Shown: positions 49,803 through 59,682 of the stretch, one piece after another
How positions within the stretch are numbered: the first letter of the stretch is position 1
How the letters are laid out: every line of letters begins with the position of its first letter
Source of the DNA: Akkermansia sp.
GTDB taxonomy: Bacteria > Verrucomicrobiota > Verrucomicrobiia > Verrucomicrobiales > Akkermansiaceae
Direction of reading: 5' to 3'
Length of the DNA stretch: 64,000 nucleotides
Assembly: GCA_017398355.1 (NCBI GenBank)
Contig: JAFQGD010000002.1
Span: forward strand, 6,926-70,925
Translations under genes and position numbers: made by a program
The notes under the pieces: generated by a model
Database searches by the model: none
What the model was told of the DNA's origin: nothing
Seen by the model: the letters and a program-made list of their open reading frames with translations, nothing else

Positions 49803-51251
49803 TCAATGGCCGGGGATGCGAAATAAAAGAGGATTTGGTTGCCGCGAACGGAATGAGGTGTAGAGCGGGTCTTGCGGATGGTTGAGGTGCCCTTGCCATT
49901 CCCCGCGAATGTGCTCTTGGACCGTTTTCGGCTCCAAGCTCCAGGATTTGATGCACACACCCACTAAGCACACCCCCGCCATGGGAGCTGAAAGCAGCAA
50001 AAAGACTGCCCAGCGCCAAGGATAGCGCCACCCTGTGTGCCACATAGCATGTGTGTAGAGCCACACCAGGCCAAACCACATCACACCACTGGCTTTCATG
50101 GCCAATTCATTGTGGCGCGTACCCACCCACACAAGGGGGTAAAGCAATGCCACCACATACACACTGTGGAAAAGAGCTGTGCTACGGTAGCGGCGCGGCA
50201 GCAGCCACCATGCAGGTAGCAAAATAGAGGCAGCAGCTACGGCATATACTGCCAGCCAGCCAAGGCCACCTATGGTGGCATACTCTGTTGTGCCAATCCC
50301 GCAGGGGCTCAAAAAAATGTGGCTCCCTTCATTGGCTGCCAAATACAGCAAAGGCAGGGGCAAATATAGGCAAGCTGCCATGGTAGGGCTATTGAGCAGG
50401 CTGCGCCAGCCCTCCTGCCGCAATACCGGCAGCATCCGCCAGCCCAGCCAGGGGAGAGTACCCAGTGCGCCCAAGGGGGAACACAGCACCACAAAGGAAG
50501 CGGCGCAAAGCTCGTGGTGGGGACGGAGGCCGCGCGCGAGCAGCAAACTCATCAGCAACCAAATGGGGATGATGTGGTTGAACATGTTGCGCAGGTGGGT
50601 CCAGCTATCTGTGTACGGAAAGGTGAACCACACTTCGTGCTCCAAAAGCCATTGGGTACAGGGGCTATCTGCACCGCTCAGTTTTGACATCACCGGGATG
50701 ATGTAGTGCCGATACCAGATGGATACATCCCCCACGAGCGCCAGTAACACCAAAAATAATACTGCTCGCCACCGCCACCGCACATATAGTTGCAGCATTC
50801 CCAGTAGCACTCCCAAATAGGCCCAGGCGTACAGCCAGTATGCTGCATCTACCCACGGTATCATTTTGCTGAGCCCTGCCGGTACCAACCAAAAGGCGTG
50901 ATAGTAGCTGAAGTATCCCCCCCCGGCACCTGTGATGGGCCATGTTTCCCGCACCAAGGTGTCGTAGATGGCATTGCGTACAATAAAATCGTTATGCTGG
51001 ATGACGTGGCCATTCAACCCGATGGATTCTACCCACCCCAAGCATAGCAAGGCCAATACCACTAATCCAAGCGTATCTTTACCTCGCCAAGGCGCCATCT
51101 CTCCGGCTGTATGTTTCCATATATACCATGTTGTTATCAGAAGCAGTATTCCGACCACACCGGCGACAACAGGCTGCACCCATCCCGCTAAAAATAGCAA
51201 GTTGGGTACCAGCAAATATAGCAGTGTAGCTGCGTTCAACGCCCTGCGCAT
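49803..51251 (-). CDS. Polytopic membrane protein, GT-C-like (paralog 2)
   Basis: [33 protein letters not shown] and C-terminal WQGHLNHPQ shared with 25710..27272; TTGCCA-18-TAGACT-6-ATG. Confidence 0.7.
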   Translation of the reverse strand: MRRALNAATLLYLLVPNLLFLAGWVQPVVAGVVGILLLITTWYIWKHTAGEMAPWRGKDTLGLVVLALLCLGWVESIGLNGHVIQHNDFIVRNAIYDTLVRETWPITGAGGGYFSYYHAFWLVPAGLSKMIPWVDAAYWLYAWAYLGVLLGMLQLYVRWRWRAVLFLVLLALVGDVSIWYRHYIIPVMSKLSGADSPCTQWLLEHEVWFTFPYTDSWTHLRNMFNHIIPIWLLMSLLLARGLRPHHELCAASFVVLCSPLGALGTLPWLGWRMLPVLRQEGWRSLLNSPTMAACLYLPLPLLYLAANEGSHIFLSPCGIGTTEYATIGGLGWLAVYAVAAASILLPAWWLLPRRYRSTALFHSVYVVALLYPLVWVGTRHNELAMKASGVMWFGLVWLYTHAMWHTGWRYPWRWAVFLLLSAPMAGVCLVGVCIKSWSLEPKTVQEHIRGEWQGHLNHPQDPLYTSFRSRQPNPLLFRIPGH

Positions 51252-51570
51252 GCCCCTAGTCTACCTGATGTTTCATGCTGATGGCAAGTCTAAAGCGCTA
51301 TTTTCGTACTCCGCCGCTCAATAGAGTCGGTTTTATCCCGACTTGTCGTAGAAAAGTTTTACAGGATAAAGGTGTGGTGTATGCCCCCACCAAAGGAGAG
51401 CTGGAAAGTGAAGGTAAGAAGGTGGAAATAAACCCTTCGGTGGTAATCACGCAGACCGGTAAGGGGGAAATCAACATCATCAAGGGTATCGATTTGAATA
51501 ACTACCACAATGATGCCACCGGAGTAGCTAAGACATTTGGTATTACAAACAAACGAACAATTATACCAAA

Positions 51571-51600
51571 CCTGCCGCCCTTATACGGGGCGGTGGGTTT
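51571..51600. terminator. Bidirectional terminator-like hairpin
   Basis: AAACCTGCCGCCC-TTATAC-GGGGCGGTGGGTTT, downstream of the CoA-transferase stop. Confidence 0.6.
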
Positions 51601-51632
51601 CTACATGAGTATAAGAAGCCTAGAGGTGCGGC

Positions 51633-53117
51633 TTAGGAGAAATCTACGTTGCGCATATCGCCCGTCTCCAAGAAAGCTGTTTGGAAGGCAAAAGCCTTGG
51701 TGAGGCTGTGGGGAGTATGGCCAATCGGGGTGAGGGACAAGTAGTGGCGCAGCAGAGGGCGGTAATCCGGGTGGGCGCAGTTCTCGATGACGATTTTTGC
51801 GCGTTCGCGAGGGGATTTACCGCGCAGGTCGGCCACGCCTTGTTCGGTGACGATGACATCCACATCGTGCTCCGTGTGGTCGGTATGAGAGACCATGGGC
51901 ACAATGGAGGAGATGGCCCCGCGTTTGGTGACAGAGGGGCAGGTAAAGATGGTGAGCACGGAGCAGCGGGCAAAGTCTCCCGAGCCACCGATGCCGTTCA
52001 TGATACGGCTGCCGTAGAAGTGGGTGGAGTTGATATTGCCGAAGAGGTCTGCCTCGATAGCAGTGTTCATGCACACCACACCCAAGCGGCGGATGACGGA
52101 GGTGTTGTTGGAGATTTCTGCCGGGCGCAGCAGGAACTTGTCGCGGTAAAAATCAAAGTTTTGGTACACTTCCTCCAGCATCTCATCAGAAAGCAGTAGC
52201 GAGCAGCCAGAGGCGAAGGAACAGCGCCCGCGCTGCATGAGCTTCACCACAGAATCCTGTATCACCTCGCCATACATGCGCACCGGCGGGATGATATCCG
52301 AATCCCCCAGCGCTGCCAGCACCGAGTTCGCCACATTGCCCACACCGCTCTGGATGGGTAGGAAACCCTCCGGGATGCGCCCCATGCGGTATTCTTCCTC
52401 CAAAAAGCGTACTACGTTGCGGCCAATGCGGTCTGTCTCCGGCGTGCCTTCCTTGAAGGCGGGAAAGCCGTCCGGGCTGTGGGTGGGTACAATGCCCACA
52501 ATCTTTTCCGGGTCTATCTTGAGCACGCGGGTGCCGATGCGGTCATCCTCATGGTACAGTGGCACCAAGCAGCGGCCGGATTCATCGTGCGAGATGTAGA
52601 TATCGTGTATATCCTTGAGTTCGGGCTTGTGATAGGTGTTGAGCTCCAGAATGATGCGGTCTGCCAGCATGCAGAAAGCCGGGCTGTTGCCCATGCCCAC
52701 GGTGAAGGTGAGCTCACCTTCATCCGTCACCTCGCTCACTTCCACAATAGCCGTCTTGACGCGCGGGATGTGCCCATGGCGCATGGCTCGCATCATGAAG
52801 GAAAGGTGCATATCGTTGTACGCTATGTCCCCCCTATCTATGGCTTTGCGCGTCACCGGGCAGGATTGATACGGCATGCGCAGCGATACCGCTTCCGCCT
52901 CCGACAGTAGCTTGTCCACCAAATCCGTGGTGGAGGCACCCGTCATCAGCTTGATTTTGAAAGGCCGGCCTGCCTCATGCTCCGCCTTCGCTTTCGCCGC
53001 AATGGCTGCGGGAATTTTCTTGAGAGCTCCTGCATGGGCAAATCCGCTCATCCCTACGCATTCATCATGCTCGATGAGCGCGGCCGCTTCTTCCGGGGTC
53101 AGTATTTTGTAGCGCAT
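51633..53117 (-). CDS. Acetyl-CoA hydrolase/succinyl-CoA:acetate CoA-transferase family
   Basis: GMSGFAHAG, MTGASTT, DMHLS, PIQSGVGNVAN, YGEVIQD, NTAIEADLFGNINST, MNGIGGSGDFAR and VTEQGVADLRG. Confidence 0.93.
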   Translation of the reverse strand: MRYKILTPEEAAALIEHDECVGMSGFAHAGALKKIPAAIAAKAKAEHEAGRPFKIKLMTGASTTDLVDKLLSEAEAVSLRMPYQSCPVTRKAIDRGDIAYNDMHLSFMMRAMRHGHIPRVKTAIVEVSEVTDEGELTFTVGMGNSPAFCMLADRIILELNTYHKPELKDIHDIYISHDESGRCLVPLYHEDDRIGTRVLKIDPEKIVGIVPTHSPDGFPAFKEGTPETDRIGRNVVRFLEEEYRMGRIPEGFLPIQSGVGNVANSVLAALGDSDIIPPVRMYGEVIQDSVVKLMQRGRCSFASGCSLLLSDEMLEEVYQNFDFYRDKFLLRPAEISNNTSVIRRLGVVCMNTAIEADLFGNINSTHFYGSRIMNGIGGSGDFARCSVLTIFTCPSVTKRGAISSIVPMVSHTDHTEHDVDVIVTEQGVADLRGKSPRERAKIVIENCAHPDYRPLLRHYLSLTPIGHTPHSLTKAFAFQTAFLETGDMRNVDFS

Positions 53118-53267
53118 AATGTTCCTTGACTACGAGTATCTGCTAAAGCTAGAGTCAAGTCAAGCAAATTCACTCGCTCTTTGCAGAATAACAGCTCACT
53201 ACCGCAGCAAGGCGTACGCGAAAGTGGCTTGCAATTTAAGTGGTGGGGGGATAGAATGGGGACGGCC

Positions 53268-54224
53268 ATGTTGCAAAAGATACAGAGCATCAGTGCGTGG
53301 TTGGCGCAGTATACCTCACCCTTTGTGGTGGGGGTGGCAGTAGTGGCTTTTTTTGTGCCTGGCATGTTCAGCTGGGTGCAGGGGGATGTGCAGGCACTGG
53401 TGTTGGGATTCATCATGCTGACGATGGGGATGACCCTGCGGCCTGTGGATTTTAAGGTGCTGGCGGCTCAGCCGGTGGATATTATCATCGGGTCGTGTGC
53501 GCAGTACAGCATCATGCCGCTGGTGGCTTGGCTGCTGGTGGAGAGTTTTGATTTGCCGCGTGGCATTGCTGCCGGGCTTATTTTGGTGGGTTGTTGCCCC
53601 GGCGGGGTTTCCAGCAATATCATGAGTTTTCTTTGCAAAGGGGATGTGGCCTACTCTGTGGGCATGACGACTGTTTCCACCTTGCTGGCACCTTTTGTCA
53701 CCCCGCTTTTGGTGTTGTGGTTGGCCGGGGAGAGCATAGATGTGGATGCGCTTGGCATGTTTCGCAGCATTCTCTTTGTCACGATTTTGCCGGTAGGTGT
53801 GGGTGCGCTGTGCAACGGGCTATTTGGGCGAAAAGCGCTCTACGGCGAGGTATGCCGCATGATGCCGGGGCTCTCTGTGTTGGGGTTGGCGTGCATTGTG
53901 GGCGGGGTCACTGCGGCCAAGGGTGCAAGTTTTTTCACAAGCGGGGTGCTCATCTTCATCACTTGTTTTCTGCACAATACGCTGGGCTATGTGCTTGGTT
54001 ATATGGCCGGGCGCTTGGCGCGCATGAACCGCCCCAAGCGCCGCACTCTCTCCATTGAGGTAGGCATGCAGAATGCCGGCTTGGCCACTGTGTTGGCCGC
54101 TCGCCATTTTCCCGGCATGCCGGAAGCCGCCGTGGCTGCGGCCATCTGCTGCGTGTGGCACAGCATTTCCGGCACTCTGCTGGCCGGGATTTTCAATGCA
54201 CTCGACCGTCGCCATGGCGTGTGA
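53268..54224 (+). CDS. Bile acid:Na+ symporter (BASS) family transporter
   Basis: MLTMGMTL, QYSIMPL, LVGCCPGGVSSNIMSFLCKGDVAYSV and SIEVGMQNAGLA. Confidence 0.93.
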   Translation: MLQKIQSISAWLAQYTSPFVVGVAVVAFFVPGMFSWVQGDVQALVLGFIMLTMGMTLRPVDFKVLAAQPVDIIIGSCAQYSIMPLVAWLLVESFDLPRGIAAGLILVGCCPGGVSSNIMSFLCKGDVAYSVGMTTVSTLLAPFVTPLLVLWLAGESIDVDALGMFRSILFVTILPVGVGALCNGLFGRKALYGEVCRMMPGLSVLGLACIVGGVTAAKGASFFTSGVLIFITCFLHNTLGYVLGYMAGRLARMNRPKRRTLSIEVGMQNAGLATVLAARHFPGMPEAAVAAAICCVWHSISGTLLAGIFNALDRRHGV

Positions 54225-54260
54225 TGGGCGCATGCAGCTCCCTGGTGCGCGTGCTACTAC

Positions 54261-55760
54261 TCATTGGGGTTGAGTAGTATACCATACTGCGTTGCGGGTT
54301 TGACCCCGTCGCTGGATGAGCCCTTGTTTGTGGAGGGTTTCCAGTTTGAGGGCAACTGTTCTGCGGCTGATATTGAAGGTGGAGCAAAGTGTGGAAAAAG
54401 ACACGGGCTGGTTGTGTTGAATGTAGTCCAGGATGTCTTGTTCTGCAATAATGGTGCGAACTTTGCGCGCTGCTTTTTGCGGTGGCAGGGGCGCAGGCGG
54501 ACGATTGGTGTATCCTTCATCAGCGCCGGAGGGCTCTTGCGCCGTCAGAACTTGCTCTTTGAAATGCGGTGGCGGGTAAAACCGGTAGGAGGTGGGGTCG
54601 ATGAGTTGTCTCCTTACCGTGATGAGGACGTCGCTATCACTTACTTTGTACTCAGGAACGGGGAGTCTCGCTTCTTGGAAGCTCTCGAAGATACGCCGGA
54701 TACCTGTCCCCCATTTCTCAACAATTCTCATTTTGTGGAATACATCTGCCAGCAAGGGATTGCGCAGCGAGGAGCTGCCACCCGCAAGCATTTTCTCCGG
54801 GGTGATATCGCCATATAATCCGCCGGGTGAAAAAAACTCGATACGGTCATCATAGATGGATACCTGGATGAATGAGTTGCGCAGATAGTTTCGGTGCAGG
54901 ATTGCGTTGACAATGAGTTCTCGCAAGGCTGGGAGCGGAATTTCGTACAGATCCTGCCGATAGGTTCCTTCGATGCGGGCAGCCACGCGCGTGTGCTTGA
55001 CGACGAAGTTTTCCACTTCGTCAATGAGTTGATAGAGTGGGCCTTCGAATTCTTTGCGATCGAGAAAATGCACTTTATCTGTTCCTTTGAAGAGGGCGCA
55101 TTGAATGCGCGAAAAGTAGATGGAGCGGGGGCGCGCCAGCAGGCAGAATGCAACACTGGGTTGTAGGCTGTGGTCTTCTTGTTCTTGTAATAGTTGCCAG
55201 CTGATGAGGTGTTCTGTGGTGACTTCCCCTTTATTTTTGCCTACTCGTTGTTCAATGTAGGTGCAAAGGGTGTCAATTTCTTGTTGGGTGGCCGGTGCTT
55301 CGTTGCCGGGGAAGGTTTCATCGTAGTGGAGGCGTTGGCCTTTGAGCACGAGATCCAATAGGATTTCTCCTTCTGCACGCCGCGTTGTTGCGCCAACGCG
55401 AATGTATGTGCCGTTGTTTAATCCTTCGCTTTTGATGTAGTAGGGGGTGCTGCGCCCGGGGTATACGCGTACGACGATGAGTGTTTTGTCATCGACTGTT
55501 TCTAGGGTGATGTCCGGTACGAGTTGGGGTTGGCAGTTGTCTACGATAGCGTTGGTGATGGAATCGAGTGTTCGGTTAATGCTGGTTACTTCTACGCCGA
55601 CGATTTGCAGGGTCGCATCATCTACGCCGAATACGAGCCGCCCTCCTTTGCCGTTGGCAAAGGCGACTACCGTTTTGATGTATTTGCGGTCTTTGGATGG
55701 TAGTTCTTTTTTGAACTCCAGGGTCGAGGATTCGCCGCGGATGATTTCGTTTTTGAGCAT
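54261..55760 (-). CDS. AlbA_2 (Schlafen-like) DNA-binding + HATPase-like + C-terminal wHTH protein ('RecG-like ATP-binding' family)
   Basis: GESSTLEFKKEL, KTVVAFANGKGGRLVFGVDD, ALRELIVNAILHRNY, SPGGL, RNPLLADVF and EKWGTGIRR; C-terminal HTH. Confidence 0.88.
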   Translation of the reverse strand: MLKNEIIRGESSTLEFKKELPSKDRKYIKTVVAFANGKGGRLVFGVDDATLQIVGVEVTSINRTLDSITNAIVDNCQPQLVPDITLETVDDKTLIVVRVYPGRSTPYYIKSEGLNNGTYIRVGATTRRAEGEILLDLVLKGQRLHYDETFPGNEAPATQQEIDTLCTYIEQRVGKNKGEVTTEHLISWQLLQEQEDHSLQPSVAFCLLARPRSIYFSRIQCALFKGTDKVHFLDRKEFEGPLYQLIDEVENFVVKHTRVAARIEGTYRQDLYEIPLPALRELIVNAILHRNYLRNSFIQVSIYDDRIEFFSPGGLYGDITPEKMLAGGSSSLRNPLLADVFHKMRIVEKWGTGIRRIFESFQEARLPVPEYKVSDSDVLITVRRQLIDPTSYRFYPPPHFKEQVLTAQEPSGADEGYTNRPPAPLPPQKAARKVRTIIAEQDILDYIQHNQPVSFSTLCSTFNISRRTVALKLETLHKQGLIQRRGQTRNAVWYTTQPQ

Positions 55761-55773
55761 GTGTATGGGGTTT

Positions 55774-55917
55774 TTGGTGCATTTATTAGAGCATTTATTG
55801 GTGCATTTGTCAAGTTTATTGGTGCATTTTTCTGTGAATTAGTGTATTTGTTGGGGGGGGTAAGTGGTTTTTAGTGTATTTGTACGGTTTATTGGTGCAT
55901 TTTTATAATTGCACTAA
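55774..55917. repeat. Array of 8 copies of an 11-nt motif (TTGGTGCATTT and variants) over the AlbA-gene promoter
   Basis: Exact copies at 55774, 55798, 55819 and 55892; variants TTAGAGCATTT at 55786 and TTAGTGTATTT at 55839 and 55871; an inverted variant at 55907. They overlap TTGACA-17-TCTAAT on the minus strand. Confidence 0.8.
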
Positions 55918-56052
55918 TTGGTTTTGGCTATGTGGTATGCTATGGGGCTGTCGGGCTTTGAGCTTGTCATTAGGTGGGAATCATGGTAAGGTGGCGACAG
56001 CGGGTAGGAGAGAGCCGACCTGCAAGGCACACAGAACCACATCTTACATACT

Positions 56053-57477
56053 ATGAACGCCATTCCCAACGTACTGGCCGGTCGCTATGCCTCCGGCGCC
56101 ATGAAATCCATTTGGTCTGCCGAAGGGCGCATCGTGCTTGAGCGCGAGTTTTGGATTGCAGTCATGAAAGCGCAAAAGGACTTGGGCTTGGATATACCGC
56201 AGGAAGCAATAGATGCCTATGAGAGCGTGAAAGGGCAGGTGGATATTGAATCTATCAACAACCGCGAGCGTATCACCCGCCACGATGTGAAGGCCCGCAT
56301 TGAGGAGTTCTGCGATTTGGCCGGGCACCAGCACATTCACAAAGGCATGACCAGCCGTGACCTGACGGAGAATGTGGAGCAGTTGCAGGTGTGGCGCGCG
56401 ATGCAAATCATCCGCGATAAGGCTGTGGCGGTGTTGGACCGCATGGCCAAGCATGCCGCCAATTGGAAGAACCTGACACTGGCGGCTCGCACACACAATG
56501 TGGCCGCACAGGCCAGCACCATGGGCAAGCGCATTGCCATGTTCGGCGAGGAGATGCTGCACTGGGCTTGGGCATGGGTGAGCATCATGGACCGCTACCG
56601 CGTGCGTGGCCTGAAAGGCGCTGTGGGTACCCAGTTGGACCAACTTTCCCTCTTCGGTAAGAATGCAGAAACCGTGCGTGAGCTGGAGGAGCGCATCTGC
56701 GCCCACCTCGGCATCGGTACCAAGTGGCTCAACGTGGGGCAGGTGTATCCCCGTTCGTTGGATTTTGAGGTTATCTCCGGTCTTGTGGGTCTTTCCTGCG
56801 CGCCCAGCAGCTTCTGCAAAACCTGGCGCCTGATGGTAGGGCATGAGCTTTGCACAGAAGGCTTTGCCAAGGGGCAGACAGGCTCTAGCGCCATGCCGCA
56901 CAAGATGAATCCCCGCTCCTGTGAGCGCGTGAACGGCTTCCACGCCATCCTCAAGGGGCATCTGAGCATGATTGGCGGCATTGTGGGCGACCAGTGGAAT
57001 GAGGGTGATGTGTCCTGCTCCGTGGTGCGCCGCTGCGTACTGCCGGATGCTTTTATGGCGGCAGATGGTCTGTTTGAGACCTTCATCACCGTGCTGGATC
57101 AGATGCAGGTGTATGAACCGGTCATCAACACCGAGCTGGACCGCTACCTGCCCTTCCTGATGACCACCACCATCATGATGGCGGCGGTGAAGCGCGGCAT
57201 GGGTCGCGAGGAGGCTCACGAGGTCATCAAGGAACACGCCGTATCCGTATCCAATGACCTGCGCAATGGTGCTATCTCCCGCAATGATTTGCTGGATCGT
57301 CTCGGTGCTGATGAGCGCCTGCCGCTCTCCCGCGAGGAAATACAGCAGATTTACGATAAAAACGCCGGCGACACCGGCATGGCTGCTGACCAGGTGAACG
57401 GTTTCGTCTCCTTGGTGGGCGAGATTGCCGCCATCTACCCGGATGGCGTAGGCTATACCCCCGGCGCTATTCTGTAA
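56053..57477 (+). CDS. purB: Adenylosuccinate lyase
   Basis: RYAS, TRHDVKA, HKGMTSRD, signature GSSAMPHKMNP, and WNEGDVSCSVVRR. Confidence 0.95.
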   Translation: MNAIPNVLAGRYASGAMKSIWSAEGRIVLEREFWIAVMKAQKDLGLDIPQEAIDAYESVKGQVDIESINNRERITRHDVKARIEEFCDLAGHQHIHKGMTSRDLTENVEQLQVWRAMQIIRDKAVAVLDRMAKHAANWKNLTLAARTHNVAAQASTMGKRIAMFGEEMLHWAWAWVSIMDRYRVRGLKGAVGTQLDQLSLFGKNAETVRELEERICAHLGIGTKWLNVGQVYPRSLDFEVISGLVGLSCAPSSFCKTWRLMVGHELCTEGFAKGQTGSSAMPHKMNPRSCERVNGFHAILKGHLSMIGGIVGDQWNEGDVSCSVVRRCVLPDAFMAADGLFETFITVLDQMQVYEPVINTELDRYLPFLMTTTIMMAAVKRGMGREEAHEVIKEHAVSVSNDLRNGAISRNDLLDRLGADERLPLSREEIQQIYDKNAGDTGMAADQVNGFVSLVGEIAAIYPDGVGYTPGAIL

Positions 57478-57504
57478 AGCCTGCACCAACCCGTACTCTG
57501 CCCC

Positions 57505-59682
57505 ATGAATTCCACCCCGGAAAGCATCCTGTACGCGAATGAGGCCTACCGCCTCACCTCGCTGCGTTTGGAGCAACCGGGGTTGGTGGCAGAACTGGTG
57601 GGGCCGGGGCATAGTACCCTGCGTATCACCCGCAATGGCGAGGTGAGCGAACGGCCAATTCCCCCGGTACCCCGGGAGAAAACCGGCTACCGTGGCAGCA
57701 TTCCTGTGCTGACTGCTATGTATGCCATGGCCGTGCAGGAGATGCAGCAAAACATTACCCCGGAGGGCTTGTTGCTGGCCGGTGCCTCGTGGCATACGGC
57801 TTGGACCCGCGATACGGCTTATGCCGTGACCCTGGGAGCTGCTTATCTGGAGCCGGAAGCATGCCGCCACAGCTTGGAATCCCGTGTGCGGGACGGTATC
57901 ATCATGCAGGATACAGGAACCGGCGGCGGGTGGCCGATTTCGACCGACCGCGTATCTTGGGTGCTGGCAGCTTGGACGTATTATTTGGCATGCGGAGACC
58001 GTGAGTGGTTGGAATACAGTGCCCAAGTGGCTATGAATACCTTGGCGCAGGATGATGCGGTGCTGACATGCCATGGGCATTTGCGCCCCGGCGAAACCAC
58101 ATTTATTGATTGGCGGGAGCAAAGCTACCCTTCGTGGATGAATACGGCAGAAATTGGTGCTTCCTACGCATTTGGTACGAATGTGTTGCACTATGTAAGC
58201 CGCCGCATTGTAGCCCGCATGCTTGCTGAGCTGGGGCGGGAAAAAGAGGCTACCCCGTGGGCAGAGGAAGCCACTGCCATAGCAGCAGATGTGCAGGAGT
58301 ACTTTTGGAGCCGTGCTGCGCAATGTTATGGCATGATGCGCACGGAAAATAGCTTGGAAGAGCGTGTGGATGCCCTGGCTACTGCCCTCTCCGTCATCAC
58401 CGGGCTTTCCAGTGGTAAGCAGGCACACCAAGCAATGAATACACTTCCCCGCACCCTGTGGGGTACACCGGTGTTTGCTCCTTTCAAAGAAGAAGAACAA
58501 GCTGCCTACCACAATCGGGCCATCTGGCCTTTTGTGGAGGCATACGTGCTGCTGGCCCACGCTGAGTTGCAGGATACACGTGGCGCTGCCCAATCTATGG
58601 CATCTTTGCTGCGCGCGGCTATGGCTTTCGGGACGAATAAGGAGAATTTCCAAGCCGTCAGTGGGGAGGCCACCGGCACCATCCAGAACTCCGACCGCCA
58701 GTTATGGAGTGTAGCCGGCATGCTGGGTATGTATTACTTTGGGCTGTTTGGTATGCAGTATGAGGGGGATAACTTGGTCTTTGCCCCCTGTGTACCCAAG
58801 AATTTCGGTGGTAGCCATTGGCTGACCAATTTGCGTATTCGCGATATGGTGTTGGATGTACACCTCAATGGCTATGGTACGGATATTTGCTCTGCCCGCA
58901 TTAATGGCAAAGCAGCTTCCCCCATCATCCCGCTGGATACGAAAGGGCGCCTGCAAATCGAGCTGGAGCTCATGCCCTCCGAAGATGAGCAAGAGGCTCA
59001 CCCGGCCTACCCTGCCGCCGTAGATGACCTGCCCACCCCGCAGTGGGAAGAGTGCGGACCGGCGTTGCTGCGTTGGCGTGCCGTCCCCGGTGCAACGAGC
59101 TACTGCGTGTATGCCAATGGCACGGCTATTACTACCACAGGGCAGCCGGTCTATGCCCCGGCACCCGGTGCAGCACATTTCACAGAGTACCGCGTACAGG
59201 CCACATCTGCCTCCAATGCTTCTGCGCTGAGCCGCCCGTGGGAGTATTCCCGCCCCGGTTCCCGCCAGTTGTTGGCTCCCACACGTATTGGTGAGAAGCC
59301 CGAATACATGGTGGAAAACAACCGCGCTTGGTTGGATACCCGCCCATGCACAGCGCACTTGGAGTATGAAGCTATCACCCTGGCGGCAGGTATCTACCGC
59401 ATCCGCTTCCGATATGTGAATGCATGTGCTTCTCGCCGGGATGGTGATACCTGTGCTCTGCGCCAACTCTTCATCAATGATACCCCCGGTGCTATCATTC
59501 CCTTCCCGCACAATACAGAGCAAGGGGATTGGGAGGATTACACCCACACTGCCGGCGTGCAGCTGCAACTCCCCGCAGGGGTTCACACTTTCTCCTTGCG
59601 TTTCACCTCTCTCTGCGCCAATACCGCCGGGCATACGAACCAATGCATGGTGGGGTATTTGGAAATCACCCGCTTGGCATAA
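57505..59682 (+). CDS. (alpha/alpha)6-barrel glycoside hydrolase (amylo-alpha-1,6-glucosidase/MGH1-like) with Fn3-like and C-terminal CBM-like domains
   Basis: AWTRDTAY, GGGWPISTDRVSW, GETTFIDWREQSYP and YHNRAIWPFV; C-terminal GIYRIRFRYVN...RQLFIND (CBM35-like). Confidence 0.78.
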   Translation: MNSTPESILYANEAYRLTSLRLEQPGLVAELVGPGHSTLRITRNGEVSERPIPPVPREKTGYRGSIPVLTAMYAMAVQEMQQNITPEGLLLAGASWHTAWTRDTAYAVTLGAAYLEPEACRHSLESRVRDGIIMQDTGTGGGWPISTDRVSWVLAAWTYYLACGDREWLEYSAQVAMNTLAQDDAVLTCHGHLRPGETTFIDWREQSYPSWMNTAEIGASYAFGTNVLHYVSRRIVARMLAELGREKEATPWAEEATAIAADVQEYFWSRAAQCYGMMRTENSLEERVDALATALSVITGLSSGKQAHQAMNTLPRTLWGTPVFAPFKEEEQAAYHNRAIWPFVEAYVLLAHAELQDTRGAAQSMASLLRAAMAFGTNKENFQAVSGEATGTIQNSDRQLWSVAGMLGMYYFGLFGMQYEGDNLVFAPCVPKNFGGSHWLTNLRIRDMVLDVHLNGYGTDICSARINGKAASPIIPLDTKGRLQIELELMPSEDEQEAHPAYPAAVDDLPTPQWEECGPALLRWRAVPGATSYCVYANGTAITTTGQPVYAPAPGAAHFTEYRVQATSASNASALSRPWEYSRPGSRQLLAPTRIGEKPEYMVENNRAWLDTRPCTAHLEYEAITLAAGIYRIRFRYVNACASRRDGDTCALRQLFINDTPGAIIPFPHNTEQGDWEDYTHTAGVQLQLPAGVHTFSLRFTSLCANTAGHTNQCMVGYLEITRLA

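Noticed and set aside
55774-55917. Repeat array considered as a CRISPR
   Set aside because: The repeats are 11 nt with 1-21 nt gaps, there are no 30-40 nt unique spacers, and no cas genes are present in the window.
56044-58653. 869-aa minus-strand ORF, and similar long antisense ORFs at 261..1214, 13140..14234, 36413..38002, 39547..41490 and 61964..63097
   Set aside because: They are antisense shadows of well-supported genes (purB/GH, SNF2, kbl, ahcY, sugar porter, ilvC) in GC-rich, strongly codon-biased DNA, and have no recognisable motifs.
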